From the human T2T-CHM13v2.0 reference genome, Homo sapiens: DNA of 64,000 bases. The stretch lies in assembly GCF_009914755.1 (NCBI RefSeq), contig NC_060928.1; one strand, 5' to 3'. The position numbers were made by a program, and so were the translations under genes. Below, piece by piece: positions 1 to 13,016 of this stretch. The number at the start of each line of letters is the position of its first letter. Position 1 is the first letter of the stretch. The notes under the pieces were generated by a model. It was not told where the DNA came from. It did no database searches and worked only from the letters and a program-made list of their open reading frames with translations.

Positions 1-223
1 TTGCACGGCAGCAGGCAGAGAGAAAATGAGAGCTAAGCGAAAGGAGAAACCGCTTACAAAATCATCAGATCTCATGAGACTTATTCACTACTTGAGGATA
101 GTATGGGGGAAACCACCTCCATGATTCAATTATCTCCCACTGGGTCCCTCCTACAATATGTGGGAATTATGGGAGCTGTAATTCAAGATGAGATTTAGGT
201 GGAGACACAGCCAAACCATATCA
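1..223 (-). mobile_element. THE1-family MaLR LTR, cut by the window edge
   Basis: Ends ...gagatttaggtggagacacagccaaaccatatca, the reverse complement of the THE1 LTR start TGATATGGTTTGGCTGTGTCCCCACCCAAATCTC. Confidence 0.85.
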
Positions 224-845
224 GCCACCAGCTGGCCTCTATCATCTGTAGCAAATTCAATAGTAGCATTTCATGAACTTTCATTTCCCGCACTTCCACT
301 ATGGGGCGGGATGGGGGAGGAAACTGACTGAGAAAAGGCTGGAACCAGTAGACGCTAGAAACTGATGTGAACTGTGTGCTAACCTACCTTCAGGTCCTCA
401 GGAGTAGACTGTGCTCCCCAGATACCTCCCAGGGAAAATGAGTTTTGTTTTCACTGGCTAAGGCTGACAGGAGATGTGATGGTATTCTTCTGGAATTCCT
501 AATGTTTGAGGCAATAACTTCCCAAATCCTATATTTACCACCTTTCTCCTTGGTACCTCTTGCATTCTTGATTGCATGTGGCAACTGTATTGTAATTATT
601 TGTTCCCATTTGTCTCAAAAAGTTGCAAATCCAGGAATTATGTCTTTGTTCTCATTGTGGCAGTCCTGCCAATCATATCTCTGTAATTCCTCCCCAACCT
701 GTGCCTTGGGTCAAATCTCAGCGAGTCTTGGGTGGTCTCTCACCAGAGTCTCTTAATTGTCACCCCGCCTCCAGGATGCCTCACGAACCTCCTGAAGCAA
801 AATGAATCCTCCCACAATTCTGGTTGTAAACTTCAGTTGACTGCC

Positions 846-1205
846 TGATATGGTTTGGCTGTGTCCCCACCCAAATCTCATCTTGAATTATAGCTCCCAT
901 AATTTCTACATGTTGTGGGAGGGAGCCAGTGGGAGATAATTGAATGCTGGGGGTGCTTTCCCATACTGTTCTCATGGCAGTGAATAAGTCTCATGAGATC
1001 TGCTAGTTTTATAAGGGGAAACCCCTTTCACTTGGCTCTCATGCTGTTTTGTCTGTCACCATGTAAGACGTGCCTTTTGCCTTCCACCATGATTGTGAGG
1101 CCTCCCCAGCCACATGGAACTGTGACTCCATCAAACCACTTTTTCCTTATAAACTACCCAGTTTCAGGTATGTCTTTACCAGCAGCATGAAAATGGACTA
1201 ATACA
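846..1205 (+). mobile_element. THE1 (B/C/D-like) solo LTR
   Basis: Starts tgatatggtttggctgtgtccccacccaaatctc, ends aaatggactaataca; ~360 bp. Confidence 0.9.
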
Positions 1206-1559
1206 CTAGCTATTATCTAATTCTCAGGATGGCATCAAAATCCTTCTGAAACCCATTGACTTCCCTCTTTTACCTTCCCTCTCTCTCCCAACAGTATGAC
1301 CTAAGTCAGCTCATGCCACACTAAACTTCTTATTGCTCCTTAAATGTACCTTTCAGGCCTCTTCACATGAACATAGGCTCTTCTTTCTGCCTGGCCCTTC
1401 CTTTACCCTGCCTGGTAAACTCCTATTCATCTTTCAGGACCCATTTTAAATATCACCCTCTTTGCTAGGACTTCCTTGCTACCTCCAGGCAGAATGATTC
1501 CTTTCTCATCTGGCTGTTCACATTCCTTTGCATTTGTTGCATTATAATTATCACATTAT

Positions 1560-2420
1560 AATATTCTATGACATGAGATACTGAGATTCTCGGTTACACC
1601 ACAGAGCTGCCTATGACACATTGTGTTCAATCTTCCATTATAAGGAATACTGAGATGGTTGCATATCTGCTTATTTACACTGGAGAGCACCTCTATATTA
1701 TAGAGGTGAAAAAAGTCATAAAAATTTTTAAGGTTGTTGATACACATCACAAAATTGTTTTCCAGAAATGTAATAATTGATACTCCCACTAGCAATGATA
1801 AGGGCTCTCTTCTCACACCACGCTCCCCAGTGTGGAGTATTATTTGGAAAACAAAATACACTTTGTCAATTTCATTGGCAAAAAGTCTTATTTTTTAAAA
1901 TTTGCATATCTCTAATTACTAGTTGGTTAAAATTTTTATGTATATATTTCATATGAATTGTATATTTTTATCATTAGCTTATATTTGCCATTAGACTTAT
2001 TTTTGTTTATAAAAATTCTTTCTATAGTAAGGATATAAATCCTTTGCCATATTTTTCACAAACTTTTAATCCTAGTTTGTTTCCGTTCCATTTTAATGTT
2101 GCTTATGGAGTTTAATATATAAAACTCTTTTTTCTCCTTATAATATATTCCATGCTTTAGCATGTCCTCCTCCATCCCCAAATCCAATAAACTTTAATCT
2201 ACAGTGTTTTCTAGAGTTTATAATTTATTGGGGGGAGGACTAAACTCTTCAATCAATAATTGTGGCAAAATCTATATTTTTCCCCAATAATTCAATAGTT
2301 GTCATAATACTATTTATTTGTAATATTTTCTTTACCTTTTATTATTTTTACTAAACAAAAATCTTGTCCTAAGCTAATTCTAATTCCTAGGCTAATTCTT
2401 CTGCTCCATCTGTCCATCTG
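1560..2420 (-). mobile_element. Old L1 (L1M-type) fragment
   Basis: AT-rich; includes caaaattgttttccagaaatg...actcccactagcaatg, typical of antisense old L1 3' regions; heavily diverged. Confidence 0.5.
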
Positions 2421-4119
2421 CTTGGATGGATTTTAGAGGCTGGAGGCTGGGGTGTTAAGTGTTATACTTTCTGGAATTAGGTTTCTGAAGCCTCATAATT
2501 ATCCGTCTACTCCCTACACGATGGGGTTTTTCTCCTTAGCTGGCAGTCTTTATGCCACACCTTCCCATTTGAGAGTTGCCTCCTTAGAAGCTCCTTAACC
2601 TCCAGTCTAATGAGGTATCCCACCCCAGAGATGGGCTAACAATGCCCTTTATTACGATCCACTGTGCAGAATACCTTCACTCTTCATTCTCTTGACTACG
2701 CCACTAGACGCCTAGTCAACTCCTTGAGGGGATTTCTTTTACTTCTTTATTTTGTATCCCTATTATCTAGTAGAGTGCATTTCTCAAAGTAGGTGCTCAG
2801 TGAGCCTGTATTAATTTGAATTGAGTTAAATTGAGTTGTTGAGTTGAATTGAATTAAGCCAAGTCATACTGGATAGGATTGCTAATAGTTTTATAGACTG
2901 GGCTGCATCCCACATGTCTTTGCTTACCCTTAGCAAATTAGCTTCCCTTTCTGTATCAGTTAAACTCCAACCAGGTAAACAGAAACCACTCTAAGTATTT
3001 AAAACAGAAGGAATGTAACAAAGGGCCTTGTTTGCCCAGTTGACGAAAGAGCTGAGAAGCCAAATGGGAGACAGTGAGTCAGCTCTTAGGCTGGAGGGAC
3101 AGAGGAGGAGGTGATGTTACCAAAGCCCAGGGCCAGGGTCCCCCCTACAGGGTCAAGGTAGACCCTTGGAGGAAGATGCCACAGAGAATATGCAGCCACT
3201 GCTGGGCATGCTGGGGCCTGAAAGGGGTTGGACATATCCTGGCTTCTGCCTTCTTTCCACCCTTCTGGCTCCCACCTTGGCCTCCCACTGGTCAAACCCA
3301 GCCGGGTCAACCGCACTGGAGCCTGGGAAGTACAGCCTGCAGGGTCAGCTACCTCCAATCTGGCACACAGCTAGAGAGGAAATGAATTCAAGACCCACAG
3401 GGTCCTTTTCTTTTTTAACTTGACGATATTATTTATTTCTAAATGGAGCAACTAGGGAAATTAGATAAAGAAATTCAACAAATAAAAAATCAACCCACAA
3501 TGGAAGGTGGATTAACAGGACTTCAGCAACTCCTCACAACCAGCTCCCATCTGCAGCGGCCTAGGAATCAATAGGGACACTGAGGGCTTCGGGAGCCAGG
3601 CCGGGAAGCAGGGAGGCCATGACAAGTCAAGCATCACTGCAATTTCATTAAAGACCTGGGGGTGACATCCAGCCATCGATTTTGTTTTTCACATTACTTT
3701 TCTCTGATTCAGTGCTTTGTGAAGATAGATGGCTGGAATACTGGCCAGAGAGAGGGCAGAAAGGAAGCCCAGGGAATCTGATGCACACACAGGCTAAGTG
3801 GTTTTTATCAGGATCCTCAGATGGACCCCAATTTTCTCATCAAAGAGAAAATAGCAAATACGTAGAAAGACGACCAAAGAATGCTGAGCTCTCACTTCAC
3901 GACTCCAAATAAGAATGTGAAGGATTTAGGGAAGAGGCTTTGGGAGTTTCGCTTTGGGAATTGGAAAGGCCAAGTACAATGCTGAGCTGTTGCTAACTGG
4001 CTGTGTGAATTTGGGTGAATTACCCAACCTATTACTCAGTTTCCTCATTGGGAGAACAGGAAAATTACCACCTATTATGAGGGTTAAATGACCTAATACC
4101 ATACCTTACCTTACAGTAA

Positions 4120-4462
<343 letters not shown>

Positions 4463-5100
4463 CAGGTGGTGTTTTATTATTATTAGGTGGGTCTTATATA
4501 GGTGATGCAGGCCTTTGCAGGTGCTGTATTTTCTGCCTGAAAGGCTTCTTGCCTTTGTTTCTTCCCCTTCTTTAACACCCACTCCTCCTTCAAGACTGGA
4601 GTCAAATATCACCTCCTCCGGGAAGCCTTCCCTGCCCCCACAGGTCCTGGTTGACCTTCCCTACTCTGTGTCCCCACGGTGCCCTGTTCTTATGCTCATC
4701 ATAGCACCTGCCACATTGTATTTAACACATTGCTCAGTGGACCAGAGCAACTGCAAGGCTGGAACTGGATCTCACTCATCTACCTGTTCAGTCCCCAGTA
4801 CAGTGACAGGCATGTAATAGGTGCTCAAAACTTGTCTGATGCACGGAAGAATTAGATAGTATAATTTCAGGAGTCCTTGGAAATCTCTTGCTTTCAGAAA
4901 TGCCTCTCCAAGTTCCTAAAATTCTACCATCAAAGCTTTTCTCTCTAGCCTAAGACTGATCCCGTTTAAATTTTAGATATGTCTCTCCCACCACCTGCTG
5001 TCCCATTGTATGTGGTACGTGCTCAACAAATATTTAAAGGATCAAATTGGGTTAGAATCAGGGTCTTATAGGAAAGGAATTTCAGACACAGCAAATCTGT

Positions 5101-5403
5101 TGGGTGCAGTGGCTCACACCTGTAATGCCAGGACTTTGAGACGCTGAGGTGGGAGGATCACCTGAGGTCAGGAGTTTGAGATCAGCCTGGGCAACATGGT
5201 GAAACTCTGTCTCTACTAAAAATACAAAAATTAACCAGGTGTGGTGGTGGGTGCCTGTAATCCCAGCTACCTGGGAGGCTGAGGCAGGAGAATCGCTTGA
5301 AACCAGGCAGCCGAGGTTGCAGTGAGCCGAGATTGCACCACTGCACTTTAACCTGGGTGATAGAGCCAGACTCCGTCTCAAAAAAAAAAACAAAAAAAAA
5401 AAA
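5101..5403 (+). mobile_element. Alu, full length (AluS-like)
   Basis: gggtgcagtggctcacacctgtaat...gactccgtctc followed by an A tail. Confidence 0.95.
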
Positions 5404-5929
5404 TGACACCAGCAAATCAGAAAGGAGGAGGTGTGGAGAGAACATAGAAGGAAGCTTCTCAGCGGGGACCTCTCACTAAAACAGAAATTCAGCTCCTCCC
5501 ACACAGGCAAAGTGCAAGGAAAGCGGTTTCTTCTGTTCCCCCTTTTCTTTAGGGTGCCATTTTCTCTTCTGGCTCTTCCAGGCCTTCCTCCAACTTCATC
5601 TCCTTGGTGAGGCTCCAGGCACCTTGGGTCACTTCAGGGCTCCAGAAGGACAGACTCTGCAGAGGGGCAATGCTTAACCCACAGGAAGGGTGATTTGAAT
5701 TAAGTCGTCCTGTTGTGTACGTTTACTAATGCTTCCAGAAATTCTAAGAGTAGATGGTATCAGCTCCTTTTTACAGATAAGGAGAGTAAAGCTCAGAGAG
5801 ATTAACACCTTGCCCAAAGTCACAGAGGGACTCAGATACAAAACAGACACAACATGGCACCAAACATGGAAGAGGCCCTTGGCGAATGCTGACAGGCTTG
5901 GTTTCCCCTTAGCCATCCACCAGCTTTTG

Positions 5930-6125
5930 TATATTTATTGAACACTTACTGTGTACCAGGTGCAGTGCACAGTCTTTACTTGCATCTCCCAGTTGAGTCT
6001 CCCAATAGCCCTTTCACTATCCCCATTGTGGAGATGAGGAAACTGAGGCACAGAGACGTTAAGTATTCGATCCAAGCTGTCCCCAGCTGATAAGGGACAG
6101 AACCAGAGTTTGAGCCTGAGCCTGT
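5930..6125. mobile_element. MIR SINE
   Basis: MIR core ccccattgtggagatgaggaaactgaggcacagagacgttaag. Similar MIR cores occur at ~4.0, 5.8, 14.2, 16.8, 18.0, 19.1, 21.4, 23.5, 36.3, 39.1, 43.7, 45.7 and 50.7 kb. Confidence 0.8.
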
Positions 6126-6135
6126 GCCCTCCCTT

Positions 6136-6318
6136 AGCACTGCCAGACAAAATGCATGGTGCCCAGTTACATTTACATTTCAGATAAATAACAAATACTG
6201 TTTTCGTACAAATATACCCCAATATTGCATGAGACATACAAAAAAATGATTCACTGCTGATCTGAAATTCAAATGCAACTAGGCATCTGGTATTTTAGTT
6301 GCTAAATCTGGCCACCGT
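6136..6318. mobile_element. MER53-like palindromic hAT MITE
   Basis: Internal inverted repeat: cagttacatttacatttcagataaa ... atctgaaattcaaatgcaactag; termini tgccaga / tctggcca. Confidence 0.7.
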
Positions 6319-7196
6319 ACTCTATTTCAATGCTTGAGTAAAAAATATTTACCTCTCTGTTCTGTGAGGTTCATAATGTGGAAAGTTTTCTAACATTTTC
6401 TTTTCACTCTTGTTGTTGCTCTACATCCAACTTCACTTTTCTAAGTTCCCAGATGTATGTTCTATCTCTGGGTCATTTTTCTACACTTTCCTCTTCAAAG
6501 TTTTAAAAAGGTTATCAAGCTCTCGGCTTGTTGTGATGAAACAGATTTTGATATAGAATAGAGAAGAAACATTCTGTTGAAACACTTTTTTAAAAACAGG
6601 AGATAGTAGTGGGTGATGTGCTAAGAAGAAATGACATTATGTTTAGACCAAAGACTGGGAGAAGCAGCCTTGCTGGGTGACAGCCAGTCGAGACAGCCTT
6701 TCCTAATGGATAGTGCAAGCATTGTTTGGGGACATTTACTGCAGAATACGATGGGGTAAAGGCACCAAAGGTGAACAAAATATCATCCTTCATAGGCAGA
6801 AAACACAGGCTGTGACAGGAAATAAATTGCTGGTGAAGCATCTCTTAAAGAAGAATAGGTTTAAATGTCTGCCTGACTTGAGGACCAGAGGCTCCTGGGA
6901 TTTTTGTCAACTGGAGGGATGGAGCTCAGCAAAAGAAGCTTGTTTTATTTTTCTTTTGGGGAATAGCAAGATGTACAGAGGGTAGTTTGGTGTGGAGAGA
7001 GGGACATATGAAAATGCCTAGCTTTTTGTACAGAAGTAAGCAGTTTTTTAAGGCCATATATTTAACCTCAAATAGATACTTTGAGAGCAATGTGGACAAC
7101 ACAATAGCAGCAGAGTGTAATGCCAAGGCCACCAAATAGGGTATCAGAGAGAAGTGGGGTTGAATACTGACTCCAGTGGCTATTAGCTATAAAAAG

Positions 7197-7550
7197 TGAT
7201 ATGGTTTGGCTGTGTCCCACCCAAATCTCATCTTGAATTGTAACTCCCACAATTCCCATATATGTGGGAAGGACCCAGTGGGAGGTAACTGAATCATGGG
7301 GATGGGTCTATCCTGTGCTATACTCATGGTAGTGAATAAGTCTCACAACATCTGATGGTTTTAGAAAGCAGTTTCCCTGAACAAGTTCTCTTCTCTTGTC
7401 TGCCACCATGTGAGATGTGCCTTTCACCTTCTGCCATGATTGTAAGGCTTCCCCAGCCACGTGGAACTGTGAGTCCATTAAACCTTTTTCTTCATAAATT
7501 ACCCAGTCTCAGGTATGTCTTTATCAGCAGTGTGAAAATGAACTAATACA
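7197..7550 (+). mobile_element. THE1 solo LTR
   Basis: tgatatggtttggctgtgtcccacccaaatctc ... gaaaatgaactaataca. Confidence 0.9.
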
Positions 7551-8094
7551 GTAAGTCATTGGGTCTCTCTATATTAGGGTAGGATAGGCTTTGCTGCAGT
7601 AATAAAATTGCACAATATCTCAATTTGATTTCTTGTTCATGCCCCAGTTTGATGCAGGTTGGACACCAATTCTTGATGGCTCTGTCCAAGCAGGGACTCA
7701 AGATTCAGATTCTTCTCATGTTTTAACACTGCCACCTTAAATATGTAGCCTCTTAGGTTGCTGCAGAAGGGTGAAAGAGTGTGGGAGATAGCACAGGGGG
7801 TTACAGCCAGGCTTGGAAATGATATTCATCACTTCTGCCTATTTTCTATTGGCTAGAACCTAGTAGTATGGCCCCACCTACCCTGCATAGAGGCTAGAAA
7901 AGGTGGTCTTCCAGTGTGAGCACATAGAATTGTCTCTGCCACACTGCATGGTCATCTGTTCAGTGGAGGTTGCGATAGCACCTACTGAGATAGTTGCTCT
8001 GTAATTAACTGCTTAATCGAGGGTAGTTATAATTATTTGATTTTATTTGAGCTGTTATAGGAATAACTAATCTGTCATAAAATGAGGTCTGGGT

Positions 8095-8734
8095 TGCAGT
8101 CAGATTCAGAGACAGAAAGTAGAATGCTGGTTGCCAGGGGCTAGCAGGAGGGAGGAATGGGGAGTTATTGTTGAATGGGCACAGAGTCTCAGTTTTGCAA
8201 GATGAAAAGGTTCTGAAAATGAATAGTGGGTGTATTAGTGCATTTTCACACTGCTATAAAGAAATACCCGATACTGGGTAATTTATAAAGGAAAGAGGTT
8301 TAATTGACTCACAGTTCTGCATGGCTGGGGAAGCCTCAGGAAACTTACAATCATGGGGGAAGGCAAAGGGGATGCAAGCTTAGGCCTTCTCACATGGTGG
8401 CAGGAGACAGAAGAGTGAGCAAGAGCAAGAAAAACTGCCTTAGAAAACCATCAGATCTCTTGAGAACTCACTCACTATCACGAGAACAGCATGGGGGAAA
8501 CCGGCTCATGATCCAATCACCTCCCACCAGGTCCCTCCCTCAACACGTGGGGATTATGTGGATTACAATTTAAGATGAGATTTGGGTGGGGACACAGAGT
8601 CAAACCATATCAATGGGGATGGCTGCACAACATTGCATATAGAGTTAATGCCACCAAGCTGTATAGGTAAAAATGATTAAAGTGGTAAATTTTATGTTAC
8701 GTATATTTTACCAAGATTTTAAAAATTAAAAAAG

Positions 8735-8735
<1 letters not shown>
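8095..8735 (+). mobile_element. L1M 3'-end fragment interrupted by a MaLR LTR
   Basis: gacagaaagtagaatgctggttgccagggg...gttctgaaaatg resumes after the LTR as gatggctgcacaac...ggtaaattttatgttacgtatattttacc. Confidence 0.8.
8231..8612 (-). mobile_element. MSTA/THE1D-like solo LTR
   Basis: tgtattagt...caaaccatatca, flanked by a near target-site duplication (TSD) gtggg/atggg. Confidence 0.85.

Positions 8736-8738
<3 letters not shown>

Positions 8739-8788
<50 letters not shown>
8739..8788. repeat. (TA)n microsatellite
   Basis: Pure TA run of about 25 units. Confidence 0.95.
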
Positions 8789-8794
<6 letters not shown>

Positions 8795-10811
8795 GGTCTG
8801 GATTAACTCCAGATATGGGTTAACCTGGCCCAGGGACAGGATGACGGCTCTCTAGTGGCATTTGTGTCAGACGGCAGTCTGGCTGGTTCTGGGCCTGAGC
8901 TACTGATGAAATTAAAGAAGTTTCAGATGGTTTGCTCTCTGTGCTTTAGGGAAACTTGGTATTTAAAGTTCTTCAAGTTTATCTTGAATGCAGTGTCACT
9001 TATCATTAAAAGGAAGGAAGAAGAAAGAAATTGTGATTCTTGTCTTCCTTCTCCCAGGCTCCCTAGTCTCAGAGTCTTACCTCTGCCCAGGTCACCTCAG
9101 GACTTACTTTCAGCTCCAACCCATCCAGCCATGGTTCACAGCCCTGACTGCACATCAGATTCACCTGGGGAGCTTTAGAAACAAACCGATGCCCAGGCCG
9201 CAGCCCAGTTCCATTCAGTCAGGCTCTCCGGGAGGCGCCTGGGCCCAGTGCTGTTTTAAAGGCTCCCCAGCTGATGTGACTGCATCTCCAGGGCTGAGAA
9301 CCGCTGACTGCAGTCTGTTCTGGCTTCTTCCCGGCTGCGTCTCTGCAGAGCTGCTAAGAGCCGGGAGCTTCAGACAGATGCAGGCTGGAGACCCATCTCA
9401 GCCGCCCGTTCACTGAGTGGTCTTGCGCACACTGCATAACCTCTCTGTCTTCTCATATGTACAATGAGGGCAAAGAGAGCGGATAATTCGTGGGAAATGG
9501 TGCAGTTCCTGGCACACAGATTAAGTACTTAGTACTCAGTACTTGTTAGTGTGAACATTTCTTGTTACTATGACTTCCTAATGTGAGGACAAACTTGCCG
9601 TTTTCTCACAGGAATGATATGATTTGTATTTTGTAGCCTGCTCCACTGAGATCCCTAACTCTGTCAAAAGTGAGGAAGGAGCTACCTCTTTCCCCTCTGT
9701 TAAAGTGTCCCCCCCTTAGCCCGCATCCGCCCGTCACCTCTCTTCTCTTGACACATTCCTTTCCTTCCCTCAGATCATTCTAAATCCTATCAAGCAAAAC
9801 CAAAAGAGAATATGAATAATCAAATACAGATCTCTGCCTAGCATGCACCTGCCATGAAGTGTGACAGGGCTGTTTTTACAGGAGGGGGTGGCTCTCTCCC
9901 CACGGCGGCTTGCAGGAATTTGTTCAGGCTGGCTTGAAGCTTAAGACTGTGGGGTAATAACGAGTTGGAACCAGCCTGAGTTAAACCAAGTCTGGTTCTT
10001 AATTTCCTTAAACAAACCCAATTCAGACAGGCTGAGGCAAGAGGCCACTTGAACTGTTGGGGGCATCAAGGCCGCTGGAGCAGCAGCTGGTGGAGGCTGG
10101 GATGGAGCTCCAAGAGCCTGCCCAGGGATGGCATGACCTAGAACTTGGTCAGAGTGGGAGGAGAGGCCCAGAAGCAAAATTACCAGAATCCTGTGGCCCC
10201 AGACATTGTGTGAGTTTTATTCTGGCACCATATTCACTTTATTTATTATATGTAAAATTAAATGCGAGTCAAGCCACCACCCACCAGGGTCCTTTGCTTG
10301 GGAAGAATCTTTTTCAGGGTTGAGTGGAGGGAGGCAGGAGTTTATAGGTAACAAACAGCATGTCCAAACAGTCCTTTGGTGCCCGACTCTCACTGGACAG
10401 GGCCGATGAGCCCATTGTCCGAGCCTTCTGCCAGAAGGAGCCTGGGGACCTCCTGCACCCTGCCCCACGTGGGAAGCTCCCAGAGTCCATGCTCAGTGAA
10501 TCCCCTTCTGGGAGCTCCCAGGCAAATGGAGCCTCAGAACTGAGTTGCAGGCTGTGCCACCTCCTGCCACTCTCCCAAACCCATAGACTTCCAGCCTTTG
10601 GGAACCTCCCTTGCAGTTCTTGCAACTTTGAGGTCACCCACTTAACCGCTCAGTGCTTCCATTTTCTTATCTATAAAATGAAAACAATTGTGTCCTCCTC
10701 ATAGGGTCAGATTGAAAAATAAATGAGTTCATATCAAATCCTTGGCACAGTGCTCAGCACAAAGGAAGTGCTGAATAAGTGTGATACTCTGTGGATACTG
10801 TGAACCCTCAG

Positions 10812-10958
10812 AGTGTCCCCAACCCCTTCCCAGCCTCTCCCAACCCCTCCCAGCCTCCCCCAACCTTCCAGCCCCCTCCCAACCGCTCTCAGTGTCCCCC
10901 AACCTCCTTCCAGCACCTCCCAACACCTCCTAGTCTCCCCCAACCTCCTTCCAGCCCT
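10812..10958. repeat. Degenerate C-rich minisatellite, ~20-21-bp unit, ~7 copies
   Basis: Repeated cccaacc(c/t)c(t)tcc(c)agcctc motif. Confidence 0.8.
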
Positions 10959-11388
10959 CAGGCTCCTAAGTAAGCTTTCAGGAACAGGGACCTCTTCCAT
11001 CTGCCCCAAAGGTAACAAAATACATACTCTCAAGACTCCAAGTTTCCAAGTTCTGCTAGCCTCTTGAGGAGGAAAAGACAAAAAAAGGCCTTCTGGCAGC
11101 CGCAAGGACAAACAAAAACTGGCTCAATGCCTTTTCCAGCAGCTGGGAGCATAAGGTTCAGTTCCCTAAGAAGGAAGGCAGGGCCATTCATCATTCATTC
11201 ACTTGTTCATGTTTTATTAAGTACCAACTGTGTGCCAGTAAGACAGCCCCCTGCCCTCAAGGACACCACAGCCTGGGATGGGATTCTCAAGCCCAGCTCA
11301 CATTAGGATTACCTAGAAGCTCTAAAAAGCTTCTGTGCACCCAGACACATGAAATCAGAATCTCCAAGGGTGGAAGTCAGGTAGCAAT

Positions 11389-11574
11389 GTTTTTTTGTTT
11401 GTTTGTTTGTTTGTTTGTTTGTTTTTTGAGATGGAGCCTTGCTCTGTTACCCGGGCTGGAGTGCAGTGGTGGGATCTCAGCTCAATGCAACCTCCGCCTT
11501 CTGGGTTCAAGCGATTCTCCTGCCTCAGCCTCCCAAAGTGCTAGGATTACAGGCATGAGCCACCATGCCCAGCC
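11389..11574 (-). mobile_element. Monomer-length chimeric Alu inside a MER5-like element
   Basis: Right-arm sequence switches to left-arm sequence at cctcagcctccc; TSD caggtagcaat / caggtggcaat. Confidence 0.85.
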
Positions 11575-12661
11575 CAGGTGGCAATTTTTTTTACGTTCCC
11601 CAGATGAATCCAAAGTGAGAACCAGTAGGAATGGCATATATAAGATTATTCCAGGCCAGTGCTGCTAGAAATGAAAGGTGATGTATGGTATGTGTATATC
11701 TCAATAAAACTGAAGAAAAAGAAAAAGGAAGAGAGAGAGAGGAAGGAAGGAAGGAAAGAAGGCAGGAAGGAAGGAAGGAAAAAAGAAAAGAAAAGAAATA
11801 AGGAAAAAAATGAAGCTGTTGAAAGTACACGGGCAAGCGTAGGGTTACAGAAACCCAGTGGGGGAGGCTGATTCAGGCTGTGGCTGGGGTCGCACCCAGG
11901 CAAGGCTCTCCAAAAGGAGGAGTGTATTCTGTTTAGATATCAGCAATAGTCAGACATGCTGAGGTAATGAAAGGGAAAGTGTGTATTTAATTCTCATTGC
12001 TAAAGCAACAGCAACCTATGGTATTGACATTATAGGACACACTGCATAATGAAGTCTGTTAATGAGTATTAATAAAATTGGCACTTTTTTTTTCATTGAG
12101 ATGAATGCTTCGCAAGCCTCAGGAATAGTTTTTGATGGTTCCGTGAGAACCGATCAGGAGCTCTGGAAGAGGAAATCTGACGTGTGAGCAAAAACAGCAA
12201 GTCCTGAAGCAGAACATCTCAGTGGCAGCTTTGACTCACCCCCGTGTCTGAGCAGTCTCCAATCTGACAGGTTGCCATGGTGGAAAGAATCCAGAGACAG
12301 CTTCCAATAATTTCTCCCCTCCCTGGGCTTTTGTACCCTTCCTCAGTTCAAGAGATGAGTCTGTGTGCCCTCCCCTGAGATCTGACTGGCCTATGGCTTG
12401 TTTTTCACCAGTAGGTTGTGGAGGCTATTCTGTAGGACTTCCAAGCCTGGGCCTGAAGAGGATGGGCAGATGCTACTATCTCTCTGGAGCACAGGTGCCA
12501 TGCTTTAAGGAAGTCCAGGCTAGATGACTTCAAGGTCAGAGGTTATATGAAGAGAGGCCTTGGAGGAAGAGCAGTTTCAGATCTAGCCAAGCTCCCAAGT
12601 GAATTCAGATGCGTGAGAAACCCAAGGGAGACCAACAGAAAATCACCCTGCTGAGCCCTGG

Positions 12662-13016
12662 TGTATTAGTCTGTTTTCATGCTGCTTGTGAAGACATACC
12701 ATAGGCTGGGCAATTTACAAAAGAAAGAGGATTAATTGGACTTACAGTTCCACGTGGCTGGGGAAGCTTCACAATCATGGCGGAAGGTAAGGAGGAGCAA
12801 GTCACATCTTACTCGAATTGCAGCAGGCAAAGAGAGAATGAGCACCAAAGAGAAGGATTTCTCCTTATCAAACCATCAGATCTTGTGAGACTTACTACCA
12901 CGAGAAAGGCTTGGGAGAAGCCTCCCCCACGATTCAATGATTTTCCACCGGGTCCCTCCCAAGACATGTGGGAATTCAAGATGAGATTGTGGTGGGGACA
13001 CAGCCAAATTATATCA
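12662..13016 (-). mobile_element. THE1 solo LTR nested in an MLT1-like LTR (~12290-13110)
   Basis: tgtattagtctgttttcatgctgct...ggggacacagccaaattatatca. Confidence 0.8.

Noticed and set aside
1101-1113. PRDM9 hotspot motif in THE1
   Set aside because: Reads CCTCCCCAGCCAC, lacking the key T of CCTCCCTNNCCAC; the other THE1 copies are also non-matching.
10812-10958. CRISPR-like repeat array
   Set aside because: Eukaryotic DNA; degenerate tandem units with no unique spacers and no cas genes.
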